Assembly: GCF_006345805.1 (NCBI RefSeq)
Contig: NC_043007.1
Span: 34,906,001-34,970,000 of the forward strand
DNA length: 64,000 nt
Direction of reading: 5' to 3'
Source: Octopus sinensis
Taxonomy: Eukaryota
Shown here: one piece after another, positions 37,574 to 50,560 of the stretch
How the letters are laid out: every line of letters begins with the position of its first letter
Numbering within the stretch: the stretch's first letter is position 1
Notes under the pieces: model-generated
Database searches by the model: none
What the model saw: the letters and a program-made list of their open reading frames with translations, nothing else
Told to the model about the DNA's origin: nothing
Position numbers and translations under genes: made by a program

Positions 37574-37897
37574 TACACACACAGATAGATAGATAGCTAT
37601 CATCATCATCATTTGACATTTGTTTTCCATGTTGGCATGAGTTGGATGGTTTGACAGGAGCTGGCCAGGCAGAAGACCGCACAAAAAAAAAAGCTCTGTT
37701 TTGATGTGGTTTTTATGGCTAGATGCCCTTCCTAACACCAACTACGCTGCAGAGTGGATGACTGCTTTTTACATAGCACCAGCACTGACAGGGTAACCAA
37801 GTAACTTGCAAGACAAAAATCCTATGAGAGGGGAGGGGGCATTGCGGAGGTGATTTTGTGCCAGATGATGACAGGCTAGAGTGTGACTGAGTGACAG

Positions 37898-38310
37898 CAG
37901 CAAACTGGCAGAAACGTTAGCACGCTGGGTGAAATGCTTAGCGGTATTTGTTTGCCGCTACATTCTGAGTTCAAATTCTGCTGAGGTCGACTTTGCCTTT
38001 CATCCTTCCGGGGTCGATTAAATAAGTACCAGTTATACACTGGGGTCGATGTAATCGACTTAATCCCTTTTGTCTGTCCTTGTTTATCCTCTCTGTGTTT
38101 AGCCCCTTGTGGGTAGTAAAGAAATAGGTATTTCGTCTGCCGTTACGTTCTGAGTCCAAATTCCGCCGAGGTCAACTTTGCCTTTCATTCTTTTGGTGTC
38201 GATAAATTAAGTACCAGTTACACAATGGGGTCGATGTGATCGACTTAATTCCTTTGTCATCCTTGTTTGTCCCCTCTGTGTTTAGACTCTTGTTGGCAAT
38301 AAAGAAATAA
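37898..38310 (+). mobile_element. Family B SINE, head plus two tandem bodies
   Basis: Junction gtaaagaaataggtatttcgtctgcc at about 38120. Another monomer lies at 38810-39040. Confidence 0.9.
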
Positions 38311-39169
38311 GAAAGAGGTATCTTGTTGAAGAGGAGGCATATGCTTAACTGGCCACCGAGAGAGAGAGAGAGTGATCAAGAATGAGGACAGAAACAGGTG
38401 TGCTGCTCTAAAGGAAATACATTGTTACCCAGCCAGAGGGAAGAGAGAGAGTGGAAGATAGCAAGAGTGTGAGAGAGAGCAGGAGAGAGATGGTGGTGAA
38501 GTGCCAGAGCATACTCACAAGGAGCAGGGATCAGAATATAAATGGGATGGAGTAAAGGAAGAGAGAGATAGATGGTGGCAAGCACCAGAGCATACCCCGA
38601 AGTTATGGAGGCCAAAATATAAGTGGCAGGTTATTACCAAAGAAGCGTGAGTAGGAAGTAGAGGCTTCACATGGATTCAGAATATCGGGGTAGGGTATGC
38701 AGTGACTGGTGAGAACCTGGGTATATAGAAGGGGCGGGGGCCTATGGGATAGCAATGATACAGTGAGCAGGGCAGTGAGGATAGGATATTAGGGAGTGAG
38801 AGATAAAAGGCGGCGAGATGGCAGAAACGTTAGCACGCCGGACAAAATGCTTAGTGGTATTTTGTCTGGCGCTACGTTCTGAGTTCAAATTCCACCAAGG
38901 CTGACTTTGCCTTTCATCCTTTCGGGGTCAATAAATTAAGTACCAGTTATGCACTGGGGTCGATGTAATCGACTTAATCCCTTTGTCAGTCCTTGTTTGT
39001 CCCCTCTATGTTTAGCTCCTTGTGGGCAATAAAGAAATAAGGGAGTGAGAGATAAGCATAATGCATGAAAGAGGAAATGTGAAGAAGCGAAGAGATGTAG
39101 TTTGATTTGTTGGGGTAGGGTGTTACATGTAGGTGGAACACGCAGCGCTTCTAGAACTCAGTTTTACTG

Positions 39170-39640
39170 ATGTGGGCGGGTCTTCTCAAGGACATCCTAT
39201 CACCAGGCATCTCGGTCCATCGTCATTTCCTCCATGAGGCTTGATATGCTGAGATCCTGAAAATGGTCCTCGCCACTTCATCCCATGTCTTTCACAAGTA
39301 TCATCCACTTTCTGTGATCAGTACTACTTTATACAGCTGTCTTCATTTATGTGCATCACATGTCCAAACCAACTTATTCTTCTTTCTTGCATGCTATATT
39401 TGATTCCTCTTATGCCCAACTTTTCTCTCAATACATTTGCACTTTGTTGTATATGTACATTGGGCAAGTTGGCAACCTGGCCCAGTCTGGCATTGCCTGT
39501 CTCCACTTTTCCCTCTTTCATGCTTTTTCTCTCATGCAACTTATTTGGTGACTTCACTAGTGCTGATCACACGAAAGAAGCACCCAGTACATTCTGTAAA
39601 GTGGCTGAAGTTAGGAAGAGCGTACAGCTGTTACAAAAAA
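39170..39640 (-). mobile_element. RTE LINE 3' fragment
   Basis: QSANVLREKLGIRGIKYSMQERRISWFGHVMHINED...KTWDEV. Confidence 0.8.
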
Positions 39641-40396
39641 AATAATAAAAGACAAGAGAAAAGCCAAAACTGACTCTGGAGCTCAGTACAGCCCCAGAAC
39701 TCAATGGACACTGTCAAACCGTCAAACCCATTCCAGCATGCAAAACGAACCTTAAACGACAACGACAACGATGATGATGTCTGCAAATACATCAAGTGCT
39801 AGAACAAATACCAATCGACATATTGTCCAATTTTCTTATAATTCTGCTCATTTACAGTCCTGAACTCTTACCTTATTTCATACATCACCAAAAGGATGAA
39901 AATCAAAGCTGATCTCAACGACATTTGAACTCAGAATGCCAAGATCTAGAAGGAAAAAAAATACTGTAAGGCATTTTTTGCCTGAAACTTTGATATTCAT
40001 GCTGATCTACATGCTGATATGCAGGTTCTCAGCCATGGACTGACTCGCACGCATGCGCGCACACACACACACACATACACTGACCCAGACACTTGCAACA
40101 GCTGTGAGTTTATAGTGCATTACAACCTAGGTAATCACCCATTTGATTTTAAGTTCAGATTTCAATAAAGCCAACGATTCGTTTTTATCCTTCCTTAACA
40201 AATGAACAAACTTCAGACAAGATTTTGTCATTAGGCCATCAATGTGATTTTGCTTGTTCAATTTTTTTTCACTTGTTTCGGTCATTAGAGTGAGACCATG
40301 CTGGAGCACAGCCTTGAACAATTTGTTTTTAGTTGTACGAATCGACTCCAGGACTTACATTTTGTTAAGCTTGTTAAACTTTTAATTTTATAAGAG

Positions 40397-40924
40397 TAAC
40401 CCTTTAGCATTTAATCAGGCCACATCCGGCCCAAATATTCTACCTGTTTCATGATCAAACTGGCCAGATCCTGCCTCTCGCCATTTTTTGTTGTTGCCCT
40501 TATCAAGCCTAGCCAGGCTCATGGGCCCGGTTTCCCGGTTTCTGTGGCGTATGTGTTCCCCCCAGTCCATCGCAGCATTACTCAAGAAACAAGAGGAGAG
40601 AGTGAGAGAAAGTTGTGGCGAAAGACTACTACAGGGGTCGCCACCACCCCCTGCCGGAGCCTCGTGGAGCCTTTACGTGTTTTCGCTCAATAAACACACA
40701 CAACACCCGGTCTGGGAATCGAAACCGCGATCCTCCGACCGCGAGTCCGCTGCCCTAACCACTGGGCCATTGCGCCTCTCGCACGTATCCTATATTGTCA
40801 TTCTTAAAAATAAACAATCTCGTCAACAAACTCTTGAAGTTATGAGATAATGCAAGATTAATTCAAAACAGTGTGAATAAATAAGCATTACATTTGACAG
40901 AGTAACCTGGTTGCTAAAGGGTTC
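40397..40924 (-). mobile_element. piggyBac-type MITE interrupted by a SINE
   Basis: ccctttagca ... tgctaaaggg TIRs; homologous to 16652-16877. Confidence 0.75.
40482..40778 (-). mobile_element. Family G tRNA-derived SINE
   Basis: gaggcgcaatggcccagtggttagggcagcggactcgcggtcggaggatcgcggtttcgattccc head; TSD gcctctcgc at 40473-40481 and 40774-40782. Second copy at 53213-53370. Confidence 0.9.
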
Positions 40925-40984
40925 AAGATAATAAGCCTTTTGTTTTACTTTTGATGGACTATTTAATCATCACCTTCATCATTA

Positions 40985-41270
40985 CACAAATTAATTCGTT
41001 TATTGGCCACAAGGGCTGCCAAAAATAATTAAAACATAAAGGGATAAAACACAGGACGAAAGTTACAAAGGGTTTTGTCCGTTTGCAAAAAAAAAAACGT
41101 GTAAAAATTTCAGAAATAACAACGAAAAAATAACAATTGAAATTCCCAATAGGGGGAGGCGCTTCGAAAGGTTACTCATGGAAAAACCCATAAAAGCCAC
41201 GGGAGCCTGGTCAAAAGGTGGGTAGAGAGCCCCTTTCTCCTTTTATAATACTTTTTTTTTATACTACAGG
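40985..41270 (-). mobile_element. Probable LINE 3' UTR fragment
   Basis: T-rich minus strand ending cccttgtggccaataaacgaatt; layout resembles 61590-61815. Confidence 0.4.
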
Positions 41271-41431
41271 TGTATCCTCAGAATTGGTCCATTTATACTG
41301 GCCATTCTTGCGACATTACACTGAATTCATAAAAGGTTGATTTCATCAATCAATCATTCCTCCCCGACTAAACTTGTGACCTTGTACCTCTACTCCTAAG
41401 TTTATAACCTTGTGCCTATGTGAGAAAACTA

Positions 41432-41997
41432 TTGGGTTGTCCGGAGAGTTCGTGCCGATTCATAGTAGCTTACCTTTCGACTTATTTTACAACATGGTTG
41501 ATTCCATAAAATAGGATTTGACTACACCTCCATTTAGACCACAGTTTAAGCTATCTTTTCGTGGAAGAAGGTTTATGTTCCTATAACCTGTCTTAATTTT
41601 GTTACCCTTTAAAATGGAAGGTAAGAAAGTTTATTTTCGGCACTTGATGTTCTGGGAACCAGACAAAAATTGCTGCAGCTCGGCAGGGATGTGTTACACT
41701 ACCCTCCATATTCACCAGATATTGCTCACTCGGATTTCCACTTATTCAGGTCTCTGTAGAATAGTCTTAATGGTAAAAATTTCAATTCCTTGGGTAAGGT
41801 AAAAAGATACCTTGATGAATTCTTTGCCATGAAACCACCTCAATTCAGAGAAGAGGGTATTTTCAAGTTAAAGGAAAGATGGAGACGCATTGTGCAACAA
41901 AATGGTTCATATTTGGTTGATTAAAAATGTAATGGCAAGTATTTGTTGACCTTTTTCTTTCCTTTAAAAATCGGTACGAACTGTCCGGGTAACCCAA
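41432..41997 (+). mobile_element. Internally deleted mariner element
   Basis: TIRs ttgggttgtccggagagttcgtgccgat / atcggtacgaactgtccgggtaacccaa, TA flanks; residual MEGKKVYFRHLMF and HYPPYSPDIAHSDFHLFRSL. Confidence 0.93.
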
Positions 41998-42859
41998 TAT
42001 TACATATAGTTTAGTTTCTAATTTTACTCAAGCCAGCACCATGTAAAAAAAGCACTTGTACTGGCACCGCATAAAAAGCATTCAGTACAATCAGTAAAAT
42101 GGTTGGTGCTAGGAAGGGCATCGAACCATACAAACCATGCCAAAAGAGATGGCTGGAGTGTGGTGCAGCCCTCTGGTTTACCAGCTCCTGTCAAATTATC
42201 CAATCCATGCCAGCGTGGAAAATAGACATTAAATGATAATGATGATGTATGTAGTTGTTGCTAAGCAACAAGACGGGTAAGGGTGATTAGGTGTTGGTCT
42301 AGAGCTTAGGGGCGGGAGACCCCAGACCTTGGAAAAAAAAAACTTTGGTCGTCTTGTTGTAGTCGAGGGCTCTTCGTTGACGCCCGACACCACTGGAAGG
42401 TGGCCCTCGAAGTCGCTGGAAATGGCGATCTCCAGGACCAATTTCTTGAACGGCATGATGTATGTATGAAGTGGTTGGTATTTGGAAGGGCATCCAGCAG
42501 TAAAATCCATGCCAAAACTTACCTTACCTGTGCTGGTGCCACGTAAAAAGCACTCAGTCCATTCAGCGGGGTGGTTGGTGTTAGGAATTGCATCTGACTG
42601 AAAAAACCATGCCAAAACAGACACAGAAGCCTGGGGTGGTTTTCTACCTGGCTGGCTCCTGTCAAGCACACTCTCACATACATATACACACTCAGGATTT
42701 TCACTGAATCGTCAGGATATTTCTGTTTGGCTTCACCTGAAGTAATTTTTAAGTTTAGTGAAAATCTTAAAATTTGGTGTATCTATGTAATTTTCCGCGT
42801 TGAATCTCAGTGAGTAATTCACTTTTCTCAGAGGAACTTTTGAAAAAAGTTACAGACGT

Positions 42860-43085
42860 TTGGCAGAATCGTTAGCGCGTGGGGCAAAAGGCTTAGCGGT
42901 ATTTCGTCGGCCGTTACGTTCTGAGTTCAAATTCCGCCGAGTTCGACTTTGCTTTTCATCCTTTCGGGGGTCGATTAAATAAGTACCATTTACACACTGG
43001 AGTCCATGTAATCGACTTAATCTCTTCGTCTGTCCTTGTCTTTCTCCTCTATGTTTATCCCCCTGTGGGCAATAAAGAAATGAAG
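42860..43085 (+). mobile_element. Family B SINE
   Basis: tggcagaatcgttagc...gggcaataaagaaat. Confidence 0.88.
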
Positions 43086-43536
43086 TATCAATAATGAGTT
43101 TACAAAGCCACGCTAATTCTCCAAATATGAAATCAATTGGAAAAAAGGAAGAAATTCAAAAGTAGCAGCCAACCAGAAAAGATCCAATGGTTTCATAATA
43201 TCTATATTAGAGTTATCAGTAATAAACCATTGGATATTTAGAAGACGAAAACACGCAATCATTTAAGTGGCCATTTTGGAAGTGGCTAATTTTCGTTATG
43301 CACAATACAGTGTTAAGGGAATTATTTACTTTTGGGTGAATTGCCTCCCTTAAATCGGCTGCTGGAAAATGTTGAGATAACTTATACGACAATAAAAGTT
43401 TCCTATAAAACGCAGACAACAGTTTTATTAAACTGACAAAGTAGGTGGTAATATAGATAGGTGTAAGAATGAATAGAAGAGAGTATGCCCAAAAGTTGGT
43501 TACACCTAGGGTGTCATGTAATATATTCATACACAC

Positions 43537-43940
43537 AGGCGTAGGAGTGGCTGTGTGGTAAGTAGCTTGCTTACCAACCACATGGTTCCGTGTTCCGTCC
43601 CACTGCGTGGCACCTTCGGCAATTGTCTTCTACTAAAGCCTTGTGAGTGGATTTGGTAGACGGAAACTGAAAGAAGCCCGTCGTATATATGTGTATATAT
43701 ATGTGTGTAAGTGTGTGTGTGTGTGTATGTTTGTGTGTCCGTGTTTGTCCCCAACATCGCTTGACAACCGATGCTGGTGTGTTTACGTCCCCGTAACTTA
43801 GCGGTTCGGCAAAAGAGACCGATAGAATAAGTACTAGGCTTACAAAGAATAAGTCCTGGGGTCGATTTGCTCGACTAAAGGCGGTGCTCCAGCATGGCCG
43901 CAGATAAATGGCTGAAACAAGTAAAAGAGTAAAAGAGTAT
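43537..43940 (+). mobile_element. Family A SINE, full length
   Basis: Same architecture as 16918-17310. Confidence 0.92.
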
Positions 43941-43968
43941 ATATTTACACACACACGCACACACACTA

Positions 43969-45090
43969 TAGGATCATCCTGTAAATAATGCGGTTTTTTC
44001 AATTGCATGAGGGAGACGGGATAAAGTACCTGCATCAACGTGCTATAAAAGTAGGTAGTAATTTTACCTTGTACTTATTCTTAGTGCAAGCTTTGAAGAG
44101 TTCAGTTCGATTTTAACAGTTATTTTTTCAAAGCTATAATGGAAGTGACAAAGGACCGTATTCGGCATATTTTGTTTTATGAGTTCAATAAAGGCAACAG
44201 CGCAACGGAAAGTGCAAGGAATATTAATGAAGTATATGGGGATTGGACAATAAGCGTAAGCCAGTGCCAACGGTGGTTTTAGAAATTCCAAGCCAGAAAC
44301 TACAGCCTAGAAGACGAGCCTCGTCCTGGAAGATCTGTAGAGCTCGACGCGGACGTCTTGCAAACCCTGGTGGAACAAAATCCCATCGTAACTGTTGAGG
44401 AACAATCAGAGAAGCATAGATTTGGTCATTCAACCATTCATCGACACCTGAGTGCCATCGGAAAAGTCAGTAAATTGGGCCATTGTGTTATACGCAAACT
44501 TTCTGAGTTTAATCGCACGAATGAACCTTTTTTTAACCGAATAGCGACTGGTGATGAGAAATGAGTTCTTTTGAAAAAAGTTACAGACGTTTGGCAGAAT
44601 CGTTAGCTAAAAAAAGTCTTCCCCCACGTAAGGTGTTGTTATCTCTTTGGTGCGATATGAAAGGGTTAGTCCACTTTGAACATTTAAACCCAAACCAAAC
44701 GATAACAAGGGAGATTTACAGTGAGCGACTTGAGCGGCTTAAGTCAGCGCTAGAAGAAAAACGACTATCTTTGGTTTCAAGAGCACATACGGGGAGGATA
44801 ACATTCAAAGACTGGAGCAGTTTGAATGGGAAGAGATATCATACCCACCATATTCGTCGGATATTGTTCCATCTGATTATCTTTTATTCTGCAGTCTTCA
44901 GAATCATTTGGACGGGAAAAATATGAATCCTGTAGACGAGGTCAGAACAGTTCTGGAAGAGTATTTTTCGTCACGGACAATTGAATTTTGAAAGAGGGTC
45001 CTTGCTAGTCTTACCAGATAGATGTCAGAGCATTGTAGAAAATGAAGGAGAGTATAATTTAGATTAAAAAAGAACTTTTTTTATCTTAAT
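43969..45090 (+). mobile_element. mariner (DD34D-type) element; transposase pseudogene 44139-45067
   Basis: 5' TIR taggatcatcctgtaaataatgcgg; MEVTKDRIRHILFYEF, EDEPRPGRS, ATGDEK*, ENEGEYNLD*. Stops, two deletions, no 3' TIR seen. Confidence 0.93.
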
Positions 45091-45328
45091 TTTTTTAAAA
45101 ATACATCCATACATACATACATACATGTGTGTTTGTGTGTGCGTTTTTGTTTCGTTGTGGAACTTTATACACATGTAAGCACATTTTGTAATTCTCTTCG
45201 TAGACAGAAAAATAGAAATTGTTCGTTAACCATTCAGTCTTATTCTTACATCGAAAATTTACAGTAAATTACTATATTAATCAAGAGCAAATTGGAACTT
45301 AGTAGTAATGATGCGACTGATATACATA

Positions 45329-45385
45329 CGAGGGGCGACGGAAAAGTTCAGAGGCTGACCAAGATACCCCCATGGAATGTGCTAT
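45329..45385 (+). mobile_element. 5' end of a second mariner-type element
   Basis: ta|cgaggggcgacggaaaagttcagaggctgacc, truncated by the next element. Confidence 0.6.
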
Positions 45386-45387
45386 TA

Positions 45388-45658
45388 CGAGGGACGTTCA
45401 ATAAGTAATGCCCCTGACCCACTTGAAAGGAAAGCGTTTCCCAGATGATGCAGCCTTGATTTCTGAAGTCACGTCGTGGTTGGAGGACCAAGCTGGGGTC
45501 TTCTACAAAAACGGTGTCCAGAGCTGCATCAAACGATGGGAGAAATGCGTAACTCTGGGTGGTTCCTATGTAGAAAAAGACTAATAACTGTGTCAAGTTT
45601 CGTTGCTCTACTGCTATGGGAAGTGGGTCAGGGGCTTTACTTATTTGAACGCCCCTCG
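45388..45658 (+). mobile_element. 271-bp mariner deletion derivative
   Basis: TIRs cgagggacgttcaataagtaatgcccctgacccactt / aagtgggtcaggggctttacttatttgaacgcccctcg, TA flanks; keeps LKGKRF...RWEKCVTLGGSYVEKD*. Confidence 0.93.
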
Positions 45659-45664
45659 TATATA

Positions 45665-46030
45665 GCAGTGAAACATGGACACTGACAAAGCAATTATCAA
45701 ATGGGATAAATGGATGCTACACAAGGATGCTATGAACGGCCCTAAATGTGAAACGGCAGGCAGCAGCATATGACATAGGAATGCCTTTATGGAGACCTGC
45801 CGAAAGTTAGCGAGAAGATCAGGCAAAGATGGCTGCAACTATCTGGTCACTGCGTGCACCACCCTGAAATGGAAGCATCTGAATTAGTCTTGTGGAGCCC
45901 ACTTCATGGTGACGTAAAAAGAGGAAAACGTCGTCACACATCGACAACTTGATTGTACACATTAACCTTAAATGTATCCAGGGCATTGAGGCAGTGAAGA
46001 TGGACCGAGAAGTGTGGCGGGTGGACTTAA
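45665..46030 (+). mobile_element. RTE LINE C-terminal fragment
   Basis: WTLTKQLSNGINGCYTRML...MDREVWR. Confidence 0.75.
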
Positions 46031-46760
46031 GCAGAGCCATTCGATATCACTATTTTTGGGGAGATTTCCACTTGATGTTAGAATCTTTCGGATTTTAATG
46101 TCTTTGGAGTGGATTTCTTCTACAGACCAATTAAATATCCGAAATGTTGGAATCAGCACTGGTACTGCAAATGCACTGTGGGATATTGTCTCGTTGCTAG
46201 AGGAGAGTTCGGAGTGCCATATTTTTGTTAGTCTGGTATAAAATTCATGGGTCACTCTATCTTTATTCACAGCTCCTTGATATGATATTTTTCATCAATG
46301 CCAACGTACTTGTAGAAATTTTTGTGTGTGACAGGAGAGATAGTGAGGCCATTGATGCATAGATTTTGTGTCTGGGAGACTGATTTTCCCCGTTCAACAA
46401 TTAAAAAACAAAAAAATTTTTCTGGCCAAATTCCATTTTTATGTCAGCTGAAAATATTAATTCTTTTTTCTTTTCTTTTTTTTTGGGGGGGGGGGCATTC
46501 TTAACATTTTTAGCATAAATCGTAAAATCATCCACAAAGCAATTATAGGTTACAATAATATCTCTTATAGTCACAAACCCTAGCATGTAGCCATTTGTTT
46601 TGTGTAGCCGGGATGGTAATGGGTTTAATGCCAAAATAAGATGCATTGATGGAAGGAACAAATAGCCTTTATTAAAGGATCTAATGAAGAACATATACGT
46701 AATTTGGGTACTAATAGACAGTACCATCCCTCACATAAATGGTCCAGGATGTTTCCTCTA
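46030..46760 (-). mobile_element. R4/Dong-like LINE RT and thumb fragments
   Basis: LILALNPL...CFVDDFTIYAK and EFYTRLTKIWHSELSSSN...AFAVPVLIPTFRIFNW...DIKIRKILT. Confidence 0.75.
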
Positions 46761-47195
46761 TACAGAAAAAAATATATCATAATTACACAATAAAAATGCT
46801 TGAAAAGTAAAAGAACTGAGATGATGTCACGCTGCTGATACTAGAATAAATTCATGTTTTACAAATGGTCCGGACTGCAAACAAGTTAGATACCTATTGA
46901 TGCAACAATAGCAAAACCAGTAATGAAGACATGACAGTGTCATCACGAACGGAACAACAAACTGTCAAACCAACGCTCGGGAAAAAGCAATAATCCAAAG
47001 GCAATAAATGTAATCCACGAATATGATATATCAAAACATTAATTATCAATCGCAATAATATCAAATATTAAATAACAAACGTATATAATTTTACACAAAT
47101 ATTCATACATCCAAATATTGGAACATAACACGTCACCTCATATATACATATATGTATTTCCATTCGCATACACAAATACGTTCGAAAATACATAC

Positions 47196-47271
<76 letters not shown>

Positions 47272-47279
47272 TATATAAA

Positions 47280-47462
47280 ATACAAAATGGGACAAGAACG
47301 CAACATCCGGACTACTAGGTGATACAAAAAGGGACAACAAAACATCCAGATAGACGATACAAAAAAAAAAAAAACAAGGACGGTTCATGTATTGTCTATC
47401 TGGATGTTTTGTTGTCCCTTTTTGTATCATCTAGTTGTCTCGATGTTTTGCTTTCTTGTCAA
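47280..47462. repeat. Family Z hairpin (about 80-bp imperfect arms)
   Basis: gatacaaaaagggacaacaaaacatccagatagacgatac versus gtattgtctatctggatgttttgttgtcccttttgtatc. Confidence 0.85.
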
Positions 47463-47538
47463 AATGTGACCGCGTGTGTACCGTTGGCTATTTTTTTTTC
47501 CCTCTGTCTTCCCCTCTCTGGATCTTTTCCTTTCCTAT

Positions 47539-47572
47539 GTTTCTGACGAAGAGCTCCGCTAGAAACGTAAAC
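47539..47572 (+). ncRNA. Hammerhead motif (family Y)
   Basis: GTTT / CTGACGA / A GAGC-TCC-GCTA / GAAA / CGT A / AAC. Confidence 0.7.
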
Positions 47573-47668
47573 TTCCTTCTCCCTTCCTTCCTGAGCGTCC
47601 AATAATACTATATTTGTTCCACGTCTTCGCGTTGTTGTGGTTTCTCTTTGTTTTTCATGTTTGGATTA

Positions 47669-47727
<59 letters not shown>

Positions 47728-47826
47728 AATAATTTTAATCCAACGGGAAACAAAAAACAAAAAACACAACAATGGAACAATTACAGTATTATTATTAATA
47801 GGCGCTCAGGAAATGGAAGCAGGGAG

Positions 47827-47861
47827 GTATGACGTTTCGAGCGGAGCTCTTCGTCGGAAAC
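47827..47861 (-). ncRNA. Hammerhead motif (family Y)
   Basis: GTTT / CCGACGA / A GAGC-TCC-GCTC / GAAA / CGT C / ATAC; U4 reads C, GUC triplet. Confidence 0.65.
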
Positions 47862-48029
47862 ATAAAGAAGGAAGAGAGAGGAAAGAAAGATCCCAGAGCG
47901 GGCAACAGGGAAAGAGAAAAAAAACGACTGGTGTTTACGAGTTGCACATGGTGAAAGGCGGATGTTTACGATAACAAGAGCAAAGTGGGTTTTTAAAGGC
48001 AAAAGAGTGGAGACAAGGTTGGTAACGCA

Positions 48030-50560
48030 ACAGATGTGTGTGTATGTGTGAGTGTGTGCGTGTGCGTGTGTGTATGTGTGGTGTGTGAGGCGAGATGAAA
48101 AAACAAAAAATATATGTGTGTGTTAGTGTGTGCGTCTGTGTGTAGGCGTGTGAGGTAGGGCGAGACCATGGTCAGCTTAGCAGACAAGGTCAGTAGTAAG
48201 ACAAAGAAGGAAGGAGGAAGGGAGGGAGGGGAAGGGGTGGGGGCGTATGTAGCGTGCCAGCGTGTGTTGAGTAGTAGTGTGTGTGTGTGTCCAGTGTCGT
48301 GGTGGTATTAATGGCGAGTAGATTGAATGTGTGTAAGAGTAATGTATATATTTAAGCAATGTGTGTATATGTGTGCGCGTGTGTGTAACGAAAAAGGGGG
48401 GGGTTAAGGAAAAAGGGACTCCAGCTGAGGGGAAGATGGAAGAGTGGTCCCGCGGAGACGGGCGTGGGAAAACCCAACGACACGCGACGGTCCCAGGAAC
48501 GGGCGGGAGGTCTCGTCGGGTCCAAGAGCGAGGTGCATGCGGCGCGTATGCGTGCGCGAACCGGCGCAAGCGCGTGTGTGCGCGCGCCTGCGAGTATGCG
48601 CGTAAGTATGTATGTGTGTGGATGTGTGAGTGTGTCTGTGTGTATGTCTGGGTGGCAGTGTGTCCGATGAATGTATGTGAGTATGTGTGTATGTATGTGT
48701 GTGCATAGATGTATGTCCGTGTGTGTGTGTGTGTGTGTATGTGTATGAGTGTGTATGTATACACACATACATACTTACACACACACACACACAGACATAC
48801 ATACACACATACACACACACATACATACGCACATACATACACACACACTCACACACACACACCGCACGTACATACTTCACACACACACACATGCACACAT
48901 ACATGTAGGCACATACATACATACCCACACATGCACACCCTTACACTGAATGCACACACACATACACCTTTTTGCATCCAGGCAGCCCCCCCTCTTTTCT
49001 GCTTTCCGGTTTTGGCTGATGGATCCTCGGTTCCCGCGTAGCGGGGCTTTCGAGGGCCTTTGCGCTCGCGCGCCTTGGCGCGCGCTGGGGGCTTGGTCGG
49101 CCCCTTGGGCTTGCGTTGTACTGCTCGTGCGTTGTGTGCGTGAGCGCGCTTCGTGTGTGTGGGCTTGCTTCGGATGTGCGCGTGCGTATGTATGCATACA
49201 TACCCACACACTCGCATGCATCCCTACCCACATACATACACGCACACCTACTCACACACACACATACACACACACACATACTTGCACACACACACACATA
49301 CATACATACACACACATACCTACTTCAGACATACACACACACAGACATACACCCATACACTCACACTCACACATACACACGCACACGTACACATACACAC
49401 ACACACACACCTACATACATACATTACACTTGTATACACACACACTTACATTCATACACACACACACCTACACAGCCATACCCTCACTCAGACACACACA
49501 TCTACCTACACACACACACAAACACACACAGACACACACCCATACATACATCTACACACACCCACGCCTACACACATACATACACACATACATAAAACAC
49601 ACACACATACACACACATATACTTATACACCATGCACACACACCACATACTACATACACCCATATACATACACACACACATACCCCATACTCCTATACGC
49701 ACATACATACCACAGACATACACACGTACACACTCACACAAACATACACACACACATACTTACACACACACTTACCTGCACGCGCACACACATGCATGAC
49801 AAACACCCATACACTCACACTCACATACGCACACACCAACATACCACCACGCACGGCACACACACTACACTCCCACACACATACACACGCACCTACATAC
49901 ACACACGCACGCATACACACATACATTACACACGTACACACACACATACATACACATGCATACACACACACACACAAACATGCACGTAACACAGACATCA
50001 CACATACACCTATATACACCCACAATACACACACACACCCCCATACACCTACATACACACACATATACATACGCCCACACACCTACATACACACACATAC
50101 ATACACACACATACACGGACACACCATACATACTTACATACATACACCTATACACACACGCCTACACACCTACATACACACACATGCATACACACACACA
50201 TGTACGCACAACACACAATACACGCACATACATATATACCCACACACATGCACACACACACACATACGCACTGCATGCATGCATGCACACGCGCACACCT
50301 ACACGCATACACACACACACACGCACGTACACATACATACATACACAACTTATACATACACCCCATACACATACATGCATCCTACACACACATACATACA
50401 CACTCACACATACATAACACAACACACACACTCACTCACACACCTGTATGTACGCGCACCACACATGCACATACACACACTTCCCCACACCCACACGTAC
50501 ATACATACACACTCATACACATACACACACACACACACACACGGACATACATTCTATATA
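48030..50560. repeat. 2.5-kb compound (CA/TA)n low-complexity tract with GC-rich islands
   Basis: Near-continuous CA/TA/GT dinucleotide variants; partly duplicated at 51700-52070. Confidence 0.85.

Larger units (their letters stand above)
47470..47930. mobile_element. Tail-to-tail pair of family Y hammerhead elements around (TA)n
   Basis: 47470-47672(+) and 47725-47930(-) are diverged reverse complements, each with a hammerhead. Confidence 0.8.

Noticed and set aside
40700-40778. tRNA gene
   Set aside because: The tRNA-like head continues into a SINE body with a TSD and a second copy; the acceptor stem is not closed.
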